Source: Candidatus Hermodarchaeota archaeon (GTDB taxonomy: Archaea > Asgardarchaeota > Hermodarchaeia > Hermodarchaeales > Hermodarchaeaceae). From it: 55,743 nt of DNA. A program made the translations under genes and the position numbers. Below the pieces are notes generated by a model. It saw nothing but the letters and a program-made list of their open reading frames with translations, ran no database searches and was not told where the DNA came from. The stretch is from assembly GCA_016840065.1 (NCBI GenBank), contig JAEOTB010000095.1:1-55743 (forward strand), written 5' to 3'. This document shows, piece by piece, positions 9,307 to 18,781 of this stretch (positions are counted from its first letter, which is position 1; the number at the start of each line of letters is the position of its first letter).

Positions 9307-10206
9307 CTACGCAGTCCCGACATACTTCTCAACTGCGTCTAGGAGGATTCGCATCATCTCAGCTCTTTTTTCAGGGTTCACCGCCACCATCCCAAAGGTT
9401 GGTACTCCCAATAATCGTTCAACTAAAGAGGGGCTCAAGGCACCTTCCAAATCCTGTTTGTTGGCAATGGCCCAAACTGGTACTCCAGGCGCATCCTTTC
9501 GTATGATATCTAGTATCGCCTTGGTGGCAAGGACATTGTTTAATGTCGAGTCGGTGATGAGGAAAACTATGTCACTACCTCTGAAGTAAATTGCCCAAAG
9601 CCTACGGAATCGCTCCTGGCCCGCAAAGTCCCAGAGGATAATCTTATAGGTCCCGTATCTTGTCGCCTCAATTTGTTCTATGCTAAGTGCAATCGTGGGA
9701 ACATACTCGGTTGGTGGATCACCCTCTTTGAGAAGCTTTAGGAGAGTAGTTTTTCCAACGCCGCCTTCACCCACTAAACTGACTTTGAGCTTACTCATTA
9801 TGAATTCGTCGATGAGTGATTCGATTTGTACCACATCTTCATCTCCAACGGGTTTACTGAACATATCAGCACCAAATTGTTCAATGAGCGAGCTAAGACA
9901 TGATTTCACTTTTTCAACAACCCTCTCGTCCTCATCTTGCATATGGGATACGAAGCCTAAGAGAAGCCCTTCACGAGTTGAGAAAATGAACTTATTTCCT
10001 TGGATATGGATCGGTAAAGAGGGAAGAATGGGAGATTGAACATGTGCCATAAATTCATGATATGCTTTTAGAAACTCGTTAATCATCTCGTCTGTGAGTT
10101 CAACTCGCCAGTATTGTTTACTGAATACGAGTTCCGCTTGTAATTTTGCTTCATCAGTGCTAGAGGATATTGATAGAAGGAAGGCATTATGAATCGTTCT
10201 GTCCAC
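9307..10206 (-). CDS. Longin-like domain fused to Arf/Rab-like small GTPase (paralog of 7396-8259)
   Basis: GEGGVGKT, YVPT, WDFAGQERFR, NKQDL; start trimmed to GTG 10206 by paralog alignment. Confidence 0.9.
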   Translation of the reverse strand: MDRTIHNAFLLSISSSTDEAKLQAELVFSKQYWRVELTDEMINEFLKAYHEFMAHVQSPILPSLPIHIQGNKFIFSTREGLLLGFVSHMQDEDERVVEKVKSCLSSLIEQFGADMFSKPVGDEDVVQIESLIDEFIMSKLKVSLVGEGGVGKTTLLKLLKEGDPPTEYVPTIALSIEQIEATRYGTYKIILWDFAGQERFRRLWAIYFRGSDIVFLITDSTLNNVLATKAILDIIRKDAPGVPVWAIANKQDLEGALSPSLVERLLGVPTFGMVAVNPEKRAEMMRILLDAVEKYVGTA

Positions 10207-10355
10207 CACCAAGCATATACTTGTGATAACTTCCTGCTCTTCTTTCCAAGAGTATGCAAAAATCTTTGGGTGAAGCGTTTTTGAAAGCCACCAAGCTATG
10301 TTTTCTTTAACTAAACCTTTTTTAGTACTTGTTCCTGAAGGGAGATGCACCAGAA

Positions 10356-11591
10356 ATGAAATCAATTGAATGTACTGAATTAGGAACATGGATAGCTGAG
10401 AGAACTGATGAGCTATTGGCAGATTATCGGTCCGACATCCTGCGCCCAATTGAGAAAATCCAACAGGCTTTATTAAAGATTGAAGAAAGTGCAGAGCTCC
10501 TTTTAGAAGAAGTTGTTATCGACGGAGAATTAACCGTTCCAGGAGCTGCAAGTAAACTATCAGAAGCGCTGAAAAGCAGGGGAGGCGACATCGAATTTCC
10601 AAAAAAGCCAACGTTTGCCTCTACACAAGAGCTGTTGGAAAAGCTTGAGTATTACCTACGAGGAAGCACCGAAGCGGGGCGGCGCTATGTTCCGAGACTT
10701 CCAAAAGCTCACAAGAGAGCGATTAAAGAGTTGGACTATCAGATTCGTGTAATCAGTAATGCTTATCAAAAAATCAAGAAGGTTTCAGAGAAGAACAAGT
10801 TACCGAAAGAGTTAGAGCTTCTTGCCCAAGAAGTAGAGGAGCTAGAACAGAAAGCACAACAACTCGTAAAACTTACAGCCGAGCTAGAAGAATTGAGGGA
10901 AAGACAAATCGAAATGGCAGGTAAGCTGAAAACTCATCAACAAGCCGTGGAACGCTTTCATTCTGATTCCGGATTAAGTGAGATTGAGAATATTCGTCGA
11001 GAGATAGATGCGATTCGGATGCTTGTCACAAATCAATTGAACTTTCTAAAAAAACCCCTCAAAAAACTGAGTCAAGCAGCGGGTGGTTCCATAATGCTCA
11101 CATCAATGGCAGTAGAGGGAGCTGAAGCGTATTCATCAAATCCATGGCAAGCTTTTACCCAAGATAGTGAAAAACTCTCAAAATTAAAGGCCTGTCTGAT
11201 CGCTCTAGGTGACGCAGTACAAGCAGGCAAGCTCAGGTTCAAACAGAGTATAGATCGAAGAATAGTTGAAAGGAGAACCGAAATCTGTGATAAAGCTGCC
11301 CTTGATGAATTACTAGAACGCTATTCAAGATTGGTTGAGAGACAACGGGAATTAGAGTCTAGCGTCTCAGCTGAAGAACAACGTGGTCTCCAAAAGGCAT
11401 TAGATCGAGCAAAATGGGAGCACCGAGATGTCGATGCTGAAATTGCTCAAGGAGAGGGGCAGAAATCAAGGCTAGTGAAGGTCCTTGAATCACTTAAACA
11501 AAAAATAGAGAAGATGATAGCACGAATTATAAGAGAGGACATCAGCATCACTTTTCCTGATCAAATTCAATCCCTCCTAGAAGAGAGCTAG
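10356..11591 (+). CDS. Coiled-coil protein of unknown function
   Basis: E/K/L-rich helical ORF; GGAGA-like SD before ATG 10356. Confidence 0.75.
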   Translation: MKSIECTELGTWIAERTDELLADYRSDILRPIEKIQQALLKIEESAELLLEEVVIDGELTVPGAASKLSEALKSRGGDIEFPKKPTFASTQELLEKLEYYLRGSTEAGRRYVPRLPKAHKRAIKELDYQIRVISNAYQKIKKVSEKNKLPKELELLAQEVEELEQKAQQLVKLTAELEELRERQIEMAGKLKTHQQAVERFHSDSGLSEIENIRREIDAIRMLVTNQLNFLKKPLKKLSQAAGGSIMLTSMAVEGAEAYSSNPWQAFTQDSEKLSKLKACLIALGDAVQAGKLRFKQSIDRRIVERRTEICDKAALDELLERYSRLVERQRELESSVSAEEQRGLQKALDRAKWEHRDVDAEIAQGEGQKSRLVKVLESLKQKIEKMIARIIREDISITFPDQIQSLLEES

Positions 11592-11668
11592 AGTTCAACA
11601 AGTCCAAAAATTATGGCGCAAAGGCTTTTTATCCTCTAACTGGAATGGATAATAGAGGAGACTGAACA

Positions 11669-11947
11669 ATGGCAGAGGAATATCAAGCAGTAACAGGCGT
11701 TCATCTTCTTCCCCGTACATCATATCTCATCGAGCTAGGAAAGATTGGGGAAAAGTGGGCCCTACGAGTATTTCGTGGTAAAACAGAAATTGGTACTACA
11801 CCACTTACTACTGATCTTAACCAAAACGAAATATTCAATGCTATTCAGACTAATATAACTTGGATGCCAATGTTCTCACCGCAAGAAATGTTTGGTACAA
11901 TTGGTCGATTAGTACAGGAAGCCCGTTCTAAATCTACAGGACCTTAA
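11669..11947 (+). CDS. Small hypothetical protein
   Basis: TATA-like TTTTTAT upstream, GAGGAG SD, globular composition. Confidence 0.7.
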   Translation: MAEEYQAVTGVHLLPRTSYLIELGKIGEKWALRVFRGKTEIGTTPLTTDLNQNEIFNAIQTNITWMPMFSPQEMFGTIGRLVQEARSKSTGP

Positions 11948-11988
11948 TGGTTACTTGAATAGCGAATAGATAGGTATGCCAAGCATGG

Positions 11989-13200
11989 CTATAGCTCTAC
12001 AAATTCTTTAATCGCACTCAAGGAATTTTCTAGTGTGTTTGGTGGTGCTAGAAACACTAAGCGAAAGTGTCCTGCTCCATACATTGGGTCAAATCCAGAG
12101 CCAAACACTACAAGAACTCCTGTTTTCTGAAGTAGTTCCATAACGAATTGCTCATCACTCTTCCAACGCTTCTGGAGATCTATTTTCGGAAAGATATAGA
12201 AAGCTCCTTCAGGCTTTGCAGCAGATATGCCCTCTATCTCGTTGAGTTGTTTCCAACAGAGGTCCCTTCTCAAACGGAGCCGTTCAATTACATCCTTGAG
12301 GTAGTTATCAGAGCCATTCAATGCAGCAGCTGCGGCATATTGGGCTGGTGCATTACAACAAATTCGAATTCTAGCCTGCTTGAGAATATGTTCACGAAGT
12401 TCCTCCAATTCACCGTTTGGATGGTGGAAGTACATGTACCCAACCCTCCAACCAGGAACTAGGTATACTTTAGAAAGCCCATTGAACCCAATTACCGGAA
12501 CATCTTTGGAGAGAGCCGCGGTACTTGCAAGCTTTTGGTCAAAGGTTATTCGGTCATAAACTTCATCGGATATAAGCGGAAGACTGTGCTCTCCAGCTAC
12601 ATTGATGAGGCTCTTTACAGTTTTGGAATCATAAAGAGCGCCTGTAGGATTGTTTGGGTTGATGAGAACTATTGCAGCAGTTTTATCGTTGATTTTTCCT
12701 CGCAAATCATCAACATCAGGCCGCCATCCCTCCTCCTCAATGCAACGATAAGTTCGAGGAACACCACCGAAGAAGCGTACAAACGCAAGATAGGGAGGAT
12801 ATGATGGTCCTGGTAATAGCACTTCAGAACCAGAGTGAACCAGTGCAGCCATCATCATCTGAATTCCTTCAGAGATTCCCGCAGTGGCAATAACATCTTC
12901 CTTTGCTATACTGACCTGGTTTATTCTTCGCTCCTTCTCTACCACAGCACCGAGGAACTCGGGAAGCCCAGCAGAGGCAGAGTAGCCATTCAGACCCTTT
13001 TGCGCGGCTTCACAGAATGCATCAACGATGTGGGGAGGAGTTTGAAAATCGTATTTCAATGGATCCCCAATATTCAGGTAGGAGATAGTTTGACCCTTCG
13101 CTTCTAGTTTCTTAGCAGCAACAACCACATCTCTAATAGCGTAGCTTATCGTCTTAGTTCGTTCAGTAATGATGTTTTCACGAAGGCGCACTTTCGTTAT
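11989..13200 (-). CDS. Class I/II PLP aminotransferase (alanine aminotransferase-like)
   Basis: LNIGDP, INPNNPTG, SDEVY, GLSKVYLVPGWRVG; start at ATA 13200 or GTG 13191 after GGAGGTG. Confidence 0.92.
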   Translation of the reverse strand: MTKVRLRENIITERTKTISYAIRDVVVAAKKLEAKGQTISYLNIGDPLKYDFQTPPHIVDAFCEAAQKGLNGYSASAGLPEFLGAVVEKERRINQVSIAKEDVIATAGISEGIQMMMAALVHSGSEVLLPGPSYPPYLAFVRFFGGVPRTYRCIEEEGWRPDVDDLRGKINDKTAAIVLINPNNPTGALYDSKTVKSLINVAGEHSLPLISDEVYDRITFDQKLASTAALSKDVPVIGFNGLSKVYLVPGWRVGYMYFHHPNGELEELREHILKQARIRICCNAPAQYAAAAALNGSDNYLKDVIERLRLRRDLCWKQLNEIEGISAAKPEGAFYIFPKIDLQKRWKSDEQFVMELLQKTGVLVVFGSGFDPMYGAGHFRLVFLAPPNTLENSLSAIKEFVEL

Positions 13201-13324
13201 AGCCGCCACCTCCAAGGCGTGTTTCACATCTAATACTTTAAGCCTTGGTGTTGTTCGTTCCCCTAGACAAGGAGGAAAGGATTCTGAAAAATTGTTGATG
13301 AATTCTTCTAAACTCGATTGGAGT

Positions 13325-13564
13325 TCAACGCCTGATTTTGGTCCACTGCTTGTACGCAAGTTTTACATCTTTGCGGGTTACAGTCTTTCGACCTGCGAAC
13401 TCGGATAATTCCTTTGCGATTGCTGCAATCTCGATTCCTAGCTCTTCAAGAACTTCGCCTAGTTCACCTGCAGCCTGTTCACTTACCCTTTCAGCCCCTG
13501 CTCGACGGATTAGCCGGTCAATTGGAGCTAAAGGTATTATTCTGGTTGATTTTTCTCTCGGCAT
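13325..13564 (-). CDS. Archaeal histone (HMf-like)
   Basis: IPLAPIDRLIRRAGAERVS...AGRKTVTRKDV; AGGTG SD before ATG 13564. Confidence 0.95.
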   Translation of the reverse strand: MPREKSTRIIPLAPIDRLIRRAGAERVSEQAAGELGEVLEELGIEIAAIAKELSEFAGRKTVTRKDVKLAYKQWTKIRR

Positions 13565-13686
13565 CAATTCACACCTATTTTTTGATATGAAGGGATAACT
13601 AATGCTACTTAAGCTTTTACGCTTCCTAGAACTGATAGAATCCCTTGAAAACCTCGGAGAATACACAAGATAGAAAAAGGACACCA

Positions 13687-14079
13687 TTAAGTCGATTGTC
13701 CGTCTTCCATCTCTTCTCTAGTTGTACTGGAGGAAAGTACTGAAGGAGCAGCAGCCTGCTGAATGAGTTCTCGAACCGGGTCCATCCAATCAACACCAAG
13801 TCTCCAAGATGATATTCCCTCATCTGACTTCTGAACCATTTTTTCGAGAAACCCCTTTCCTAAATGCTTTTGCATCCGAATTAGAATAGTACCAACCGTC
13901 ACTATACCAATGATTGGGTTACGCATACGTGCTCTCCGCGCAAGCTCTGTTGTCGAATGCCACAAACCATCAACTAAACAGCTCAGAAGTTCTCTTTTGA
14001 CCACATCTTGTTTGATAATCTGACGTAGAAGCAAAAGCTTGCGTTCTTCACCAGAAGATTCAGAAGTGAATGGGTCCAC
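13687..14079 (-). CDS. Probable winged-helix protein
   Basis: LSCLVDGLWHSTTELARR...WRL pattern; GGAGG SD before GTG 14079. Confidence 0.55.
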   Translation of the reverse strand: MDPFTSESSGEERKLLLLRQIIKQDVVKRELLSCLVDGLWHSTTELARRARMRNPIIGIVTVGTILIRMQKHLGKGFLEKMVQKSDEGISSWRLGVDWMDPVRELIQQAAAPSVLSSSTTREEMEDGQST

Positions 14080-14206
14080 AGAGATGCCCTCCCTTTGACA
14101 ATGAACAATAGAGGTTATTAACTGTTTTTGCGAGGAAAGGAGAACCTCCTCAAAGGTAAAACGACAACATTGAATTATCATCGAAGCAAGGAGCACTGGA
14201 AATAGC

Positions 14207-15001
14207 ATGACTCCGAGGAGAAGAAAAGAGAGAGAAGCAGTGTGGCCAGAGAGAAGTAATCCCCTTCTTGAGAAACTGTTTGAACAGAACGTGCTCCCTC
14301 GATTTCCTGAATTAAAACGCGACGAGTTCCGCCTTATTTTCGGAGTCACGAAGAAAGGAACACTAGCCCAGGTAGCCACCTTTCGCTTTAGAAGACGTGG
14401 GCACACTATAAGGCGCTACCATCTAATTACAGTGAATGCACATCAAATGGATTGGGAATCTACCGAGTTAATAGCCCTTATAGCACATGAAATGGGGCAT
14501 CTTGTGAACGACCTTGCTGGTATTCGACCAAAAACTTGGGAAGAGCAAGAGTTAGCAGCAACAAGTCAAGCAGTTGCGCGCGGTTTTCTTGTGGGATTTC
14601 AGCAAATTTTCCAGCGACTCTGTAAAACACCCTGCTGGGAGCAGATTGAAACAACACCAGATGGTAGAAGAATAATTAGGGGACGAAATCTGGGAGGCCT
14701 CTACTGCAATTGTGTTGGAGGAAATGGGATATTCAAGGCTTACTGTCCTTTTGCTGATGACTTCATAGGATTGTGGCTATCAAAGCCCACATTGATGCAG
14801 AGTGTGAAAAACATACAAGGAATCTGTGTATTATGTAAACGCGCGCTAAAGAAGAAAATTGCTGCATTCCAATGCAGTTCTTGTGGAATGCTTTATCACC
14901 AAGACTGCCTGCAATCATACTTGAAGCGAGCACATCTTGTTTGCCCTTCATGCCGCCTCGCCTTAACTACTATACCTCCGACAGATAATAGCGCGCGCTG
15001 A
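14207..15001 (+). CDS. HExxH zinc metallopeptidase-like domain fused to a C4HC3 (RING-variant/PHD) zinc finger
   Basis: LIAHEMGHL; C-x2-C-x12-C-x2-C-x4-H-x2-C-x11-C-x2-C at the C-terminus. Confidence 0.75.
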   Translation: MTPRRRKEREAVWPERSNPLLEKLFEQNVLPRFPELKRDEFRLIFGVTKKGTLAQVATFRFRRRGHTIRRYHLITVNAHQMDWESTELIALIAHEMGHLVNDLAGIRPKTWEEQELAATSQAVARGFLVGFQQIFQRLCKTPCWEQIETTPDGRRIIRGRNLGGLYCNCVGGNGIFKAYCPFADDFIGLWLSKPTLMQSVKNIQGICVLCKRALKKKIAAFQCSSCGMLYHQDCLQSYLKRAHLVCPSCRLALTTIPPTDNSAR

Positions 15002-15045
15002 AAATCTTTATAGAAGATATATCACCTGCCTCTTGTGATATCCTC

Positions 15046-15903
15046 ATGTCGGTTCCATTCATCTCTCTGATAGGTCTAGCGTTGCTTCAAGGAGTGATGG
15101 AGTTTCTTCCCATTAGTTCTGAAGGTCAGCTTTACCTAATAGCTGTTGGAATATACGGAATCGACGAAGGCATAGCATTTTCCATGGCTATATGGTTGCA
15201 TTTAGGCACAGCAATAGCGGTAATCATCTTCTATAGAAATGACATCTTTAACCCGTTTTTCAACAAAGCCTCTCTTCCTAGTGTCAAAACCGACTCGAAG
15301 GATGAACAGGTAAAGAAATTATTCGGTCCATTATTCAGGTTTGTTGCTATTGGTACAGTAGGTACAGTAGTTGTTGCTTTGCCTCTCTACTTCCTCATCG
15401 AAGGTCTCTTTGATATATTAATGGGGGAAATTATATCGCTCCTCGTTGGTGTTTTGTTACTATTTACAGGAGCAGTTCTGTATTTCCAGCGAAAGACTAG
15501 TGGGACCAAACTTCTGAGTGATATCTCCTTTTCCGAAGTGTTTCTCCTTGGACTTGTGCAAGGTTTTGCAGTATTGCCTGGTATTAGCAGATCAGGGATG
15601 ACTCTGACATGGCTTCTACTTCGCGGGGTTGAAGACGATGAAGCTCTACGACTAAGCTTCTTACTCGGAGTGCCAGCTGCATTGGGAGTTGTTGGATTGG
15701 ACTTCATCAGGGGTGAAGTATTTTGGGCACCAATACTAGTGCTGGCACTAATCACACTAATTGCCTTAGTAATAGGATTTGCTACACTAGTAGTTCTACG
15801 CTACACTGCCATTCGGGCGCCTTTCTGGGTATTCTGTTTCACTATAGGGCTTCTAGTCATAATCTTTGAAGCAATTGCAATAATAGGACTAGTCACTTTC
15901 TAG
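15046..15903 (+). CDS. uppP: Undecaprenyl-diphosphate phosphatase (BacA family)
   Basis: QGVMEFLPISSEG, LHLGT, LPGISRSG, LSFLLGVP. Confidence 0.93.
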   Translation: MSVPFISLIGLALLQGVMEFLPISSEGQLYLIAVGIYGIDEGIAFSMAIWLHLGTAIAVIIFYRNDIFNPFFNKASLPSVKTDSKDEQVKKLFGPLFRFVAIGTVGTVVVALPLYFLIEGLFDILMGEIISLLVGVLLLFTGAVLYFQRKTSGTKLLSDISFSEVFLLGLVQGFAVLPGISRSGMTLTWLLLRGVEDDEALRLSFLLGVPAALGVVGLDFIRGEVFWAPILVLALITLIALVIGFATLVVLRYTAIRAPFWVFCFTIGLLVIIFEAIAIIGLVTF

Positions 15904-16058
15904 CTCTATATCAGACTTGGAATGTTGTTGCTAGATTCTGGGTTCGAATTATTCTTGATATTTTTGAAACAATCTGAATATGATTGAGTAGCGCGCGGAA
16001 AATCGAATTCCGCTACCCTTTAATAGAAGCCTGCTGACCATCACGCGTTAACAGGGGC

Positions 16059-16721
16059 ATGGCAAACTTGACACTAGAAATGACTGGAAATCGAGCCGAA
16101 AACAAGGCGATAGGCATTGCGCAGGACCATGCAGCCGTTGTCCTGCAGGCTGCCAAGACGCTAAGAATGATGATTGAGGACTGGATGGAGGGACAGAAGG
16201 AACGACAAAAAGACCTGTTCAACAAGCTAGCTGATTTAGAACGACAAGCAGACAGTATCAAGAGAAGCTTACTCGATGAACTTTCCATTTCTGAAACAAT
16301 GCTACGCCGAAGCGACTATTTCCGATTAGCTATGACCATGGACGACATCGCAGACATCTGTGAAGCAACCGCCTGGGACCTCGCTGGACTCGAGGATTAC
16401 AAACCAAACAGCCAATTGAAGAAGCAGATAAAGACGATGCTTGACTCTATAGACGACGCAGTCTATAAAATGCGTCAGGCGATTCTTCTGCTCTCTCAGA
16501 ATTCATCAAAGGCGATAGAGTTAGCTATGGAAGTTGATGCTGCAGAGCGAGCCGTCGATGAGGGTCATAGGAAGATATTGCAAGAGCTTTACAAATCTAA
16601 CTTGGATGTTCTCGTGTTGCTTCGATTGAAAGACCTCACACAACATCTTGAAGAGATTGCTGACGCAGCAGAAGATGCAGCAGACGCCATCCGTATCATC
16701 GCTGTCGCCCGCGGACACTAA
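16059..16721 (+). CDS. DUF47/PhoU-like phosphate transport regulator
   Basis: LERQADSIKR, EEIADAAEDAAD; duplicated helical acidic motifs. Confidence 0.88.
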   Translation: MANLTLEMTGNRAENKAIGIAQDHAAVVLQAAKTLRMMIEDWMEGQKERQKDLFNKLADLERQADSIKRSLLDELSISETMLRRSDYFRLAMTMDDIADICEATAWDLAGLEDYKPNSQLKKQIKTMLDSIDDAVYKMRQAILLLSQNSSKAIELAMEVDAAERAVDEGHRKILQELYKSNLDVLVLLRLKDLTQHLEEIADAAEDAADAIRIIAVARGH

Positions 16722-16766
16722 AACCGCTGAAACAACAAGCCGGGCGCAAAATGCGAGCGAAAGGAT

Positions 16767-17324
16767 ATGACACCAACACAAAAGATTCCAGCCCAGATAA
16801 TTGAAAACAAAGTAGTGGTTTGGAAACCCGCGGATGGCTCGTCACTCTATGCTAAAGGCTTCTTCGGCAAACCCTTGGGTATCCGCAAACCCAAAACAGC
16901 AGAATTCGATCGCCCATCCCAATTATCGTTCTTTGAAGCACTCTATCTGCTCCGAAAAGGCTTTCTTGTTATCTATCAGGAGGAAATATCAAAGCCCCTA
17001 TCAGAGAAAGCGGTAGTGGAAATCGCCGAGTACCACCACGCCAGCTTTTCACAGAAATACCAAGTCTACGAAGATCTCAGGGCCCGCGGTTTTGTTGTAA
17101 GACCAGGCTTGAAATTCGGTGCAGATTTTGCAGTCTACAGGCAGGGCCCTGGCATCGACCACTCAGTGTTCATAATCCAAGTGGTTGCTAACTCTCAAGA
17201 AATTTCAGCTATAGAAGTTGTACGTGCCGGTCGTCTCGCTACATCAGTTAGAAAGAGGTTCGTACTCGCAACACCAAGAAAAGGGAAAACCCAATACTTC
17301 GTATTTTCTTGGATGAAGCCCTAA
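16767..17324 (+). CDS. endA: tRNA-splicing endonuclease, catalytic subunit
   Basis: VYEDLRARG, GLKFGADFAVY, GPGIDHS, RLATSVRK (Tyr/His/Lys triad). Confidence 0.96.
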   Translation: MTPTQKIPAQIIENKVVVWKPADGSSLYAKGFFGKPLGIRKPKTAEFDRPSQLSFFEALYLLRKGFLVIYQEEISKPLSEKAVVEIAEYHHASFSQKYQVYEDLRARGFVVRPGLKFGADFAVYRQGPGIDHSVFIIQVVANSQEISAIEVVRAGRLATSVRKRFVLATPRKGKTQYFVFSWMKP

Positions 17325-17399
17325 CAGGACCCTAAATACTACAATTTTTAATACCGTTTGATAATAACTGATGAATAGTCAGAACAGGGTGTCCAAAGG

Positions 17400-17723
17400 A
17401 TGAGCAAGCAGGAGAATGCCGCAAAGACACTAGCAATTCTTGAAGAGGCATGGAAAACCAAGTCAGCAACCTTTCTCACTGACGACTACCTTTACGTACT
17501 TGTCAACAAAGGACCAGGAAAATGGCAGGAAACAAGCTTTGTATTCTCTGATGGCAGCCTACAGGTTCGCGAACTCGAATCAGAGAAAGCTCTAATGTTC
17601 CTTATAGAAGAAATAACAACAGGGCTAGCCGGCTCCCTAGATTCAGGGAAAGACTACACTATCGTCTCCAACCCCGCAAGCCAAGCTAAGGTTACAGAGC
17701 GAATCAAATCAATGACTAAGTGA
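17400..17723 (+). CDS. Hypothetical protein
   Basis: TATA-like TTTTAATA upstream; globular composition. Confidence 0.7.
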   Translation: MSKQENAAKTLAILEEAWKTKSATFLTDDYLYVLVNKGPGKWQETSFVFSDGSLQVRELESEKALMFLIEEITTGLAGSLDSGKDYTIVSNPASQAKVTERIKSMTK

Positions 17724-17769
17724 ACACTCTACCAAGCTTTCTTTCCTGCTACAAGGATTAGACCAAGTC

Positions 17770-18651
17770 TTATTTCGCTTTGCTAAGGAATTTCCTGACA
17801 GGCTCCACCAACTGGGTGAATTCCAAGGGAACTACCCATTTAGTGCTCGGACTCGCACCCAACGACTCCAAAGTACGCAAGTATTGTAAAGTCATAGTTT
17901 TTTCATCGACTTTACGAGCAATCTCGAAAACCTTCTGCAAAGCAAGCGCCTCACCCTCAGCACGGAGAATAGCTGACTGCTTCGCACCCTCAGCCTTCAG
18001 AATAGCAGACTGCTTCTCACCCTCAGCAACCACAACCGCCGCCTCACGCTGACCCGCAGCCTCAATCACCATCGCACGCCGACTACGCTCACTCGACATC
18101 TGCTTAATCATCGCCTCATTAACCGCAGCAGGCGGAAGAATCTCACGAATTTCAACCTTAGTAACTTTGACTCCCCAGGTTTCAGTGCTTTCGTCGAGTT
18201 TCTCGCGTAGTAGGGAGTTGATGTATTCACGTTTGCTCAATACGTCATCTAATGTGATATCTCCGACAAGCGCACGGAGAGTTGTTTGGCTTATACCGAG
18301 GGCGGCGCCGCTGAAGTCTTTGATGCGGAGGACGCTGTCTCGGGGGTTGACGACTCTATGGTAAATGAGCAGGTCTATGTCTACTGGTGCGTTGTCCGTT
18401 GTAATACAACGCTGGTGCTCTATCTCGAAGAACTGTTCTCTTAGGTCGATTTTGGTCATTTTGTCTAGTATGGGTATTAGGATGATGACGCCGGGCCCTT
18501 TCACGCCAGGGACTGCTCGTCCTAGGCGGAAGATGACTGCGCGTTCGTATTCTTTGAGCACGCGGATCATCGGCAGAATGATGACTAGTATGGCGACTAG
18601 GATGATGACCACGATGATCGGTAGCCAGAACATGATATCAAATTGGAGCAT
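17770..18651 (-). CDS. SPFH/band 7 (stomatin/QmcA-like) membrane protein
   Basis: YERAVIFRLG, QTTLRALVG, WGVKVTKVEIREI. Confidence 0.95.
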   Translation of the reverse strand: MLQFDIMFWLPIIVVIILVAILVIILPMIRVLKEYERAVIFRLGRAVPGVKGPGVIILIPILDKMTKIDLREQFFEIEHQRCITTDNAPVDIDLLIYHRVVNPRDSVLRIKDFSGAALGISQTTLRALVGDITLDDVLSKREYINSLLREKLDESTETWGVKVTKVEIREILPPAAVNEAMIKQMSSERSRRAMVIEAAGQREAAVVVAEGEKQSAILKAEGAKQSAILRAEGEALALQKVFEIARKVDEKTMTLQYLRTLESLGASPSTKWVVPLEFTQLVEPVRKFLSKAK

Positions 18652-18781
18652 TTGCCATCCCTCGAAAATAACTTCAGGATTAAGTTAGGATGACTAGAAT
18701 AATACCTTTTGGGTAGCTCTGCTTTGCCTTCTACCCCTAATCCCCTAATTATTTATTGTAGAAATAACAGGATTTCTGCAG

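Noticed and set aside
10130-10172. 9-aa insertion in the second GTPase's longin domain as an in-frame intron
   Set aside because: I could not form a stem or BHB; probably a loop insertion.
17950-18030. 33-bp tandem repeat (AEGxKQSAILx) in the SPFH gene
   Set aside because: Ordinary feature of QmcA-like SPFH coiled coils.
17900-18620. Switch from C/A-rich to G/T-rich plus-strand composition, also seen at the window ends
   Set aside because: The ORF is intact, with no repeats or origin-recognition motifs; not interpretable by eye.
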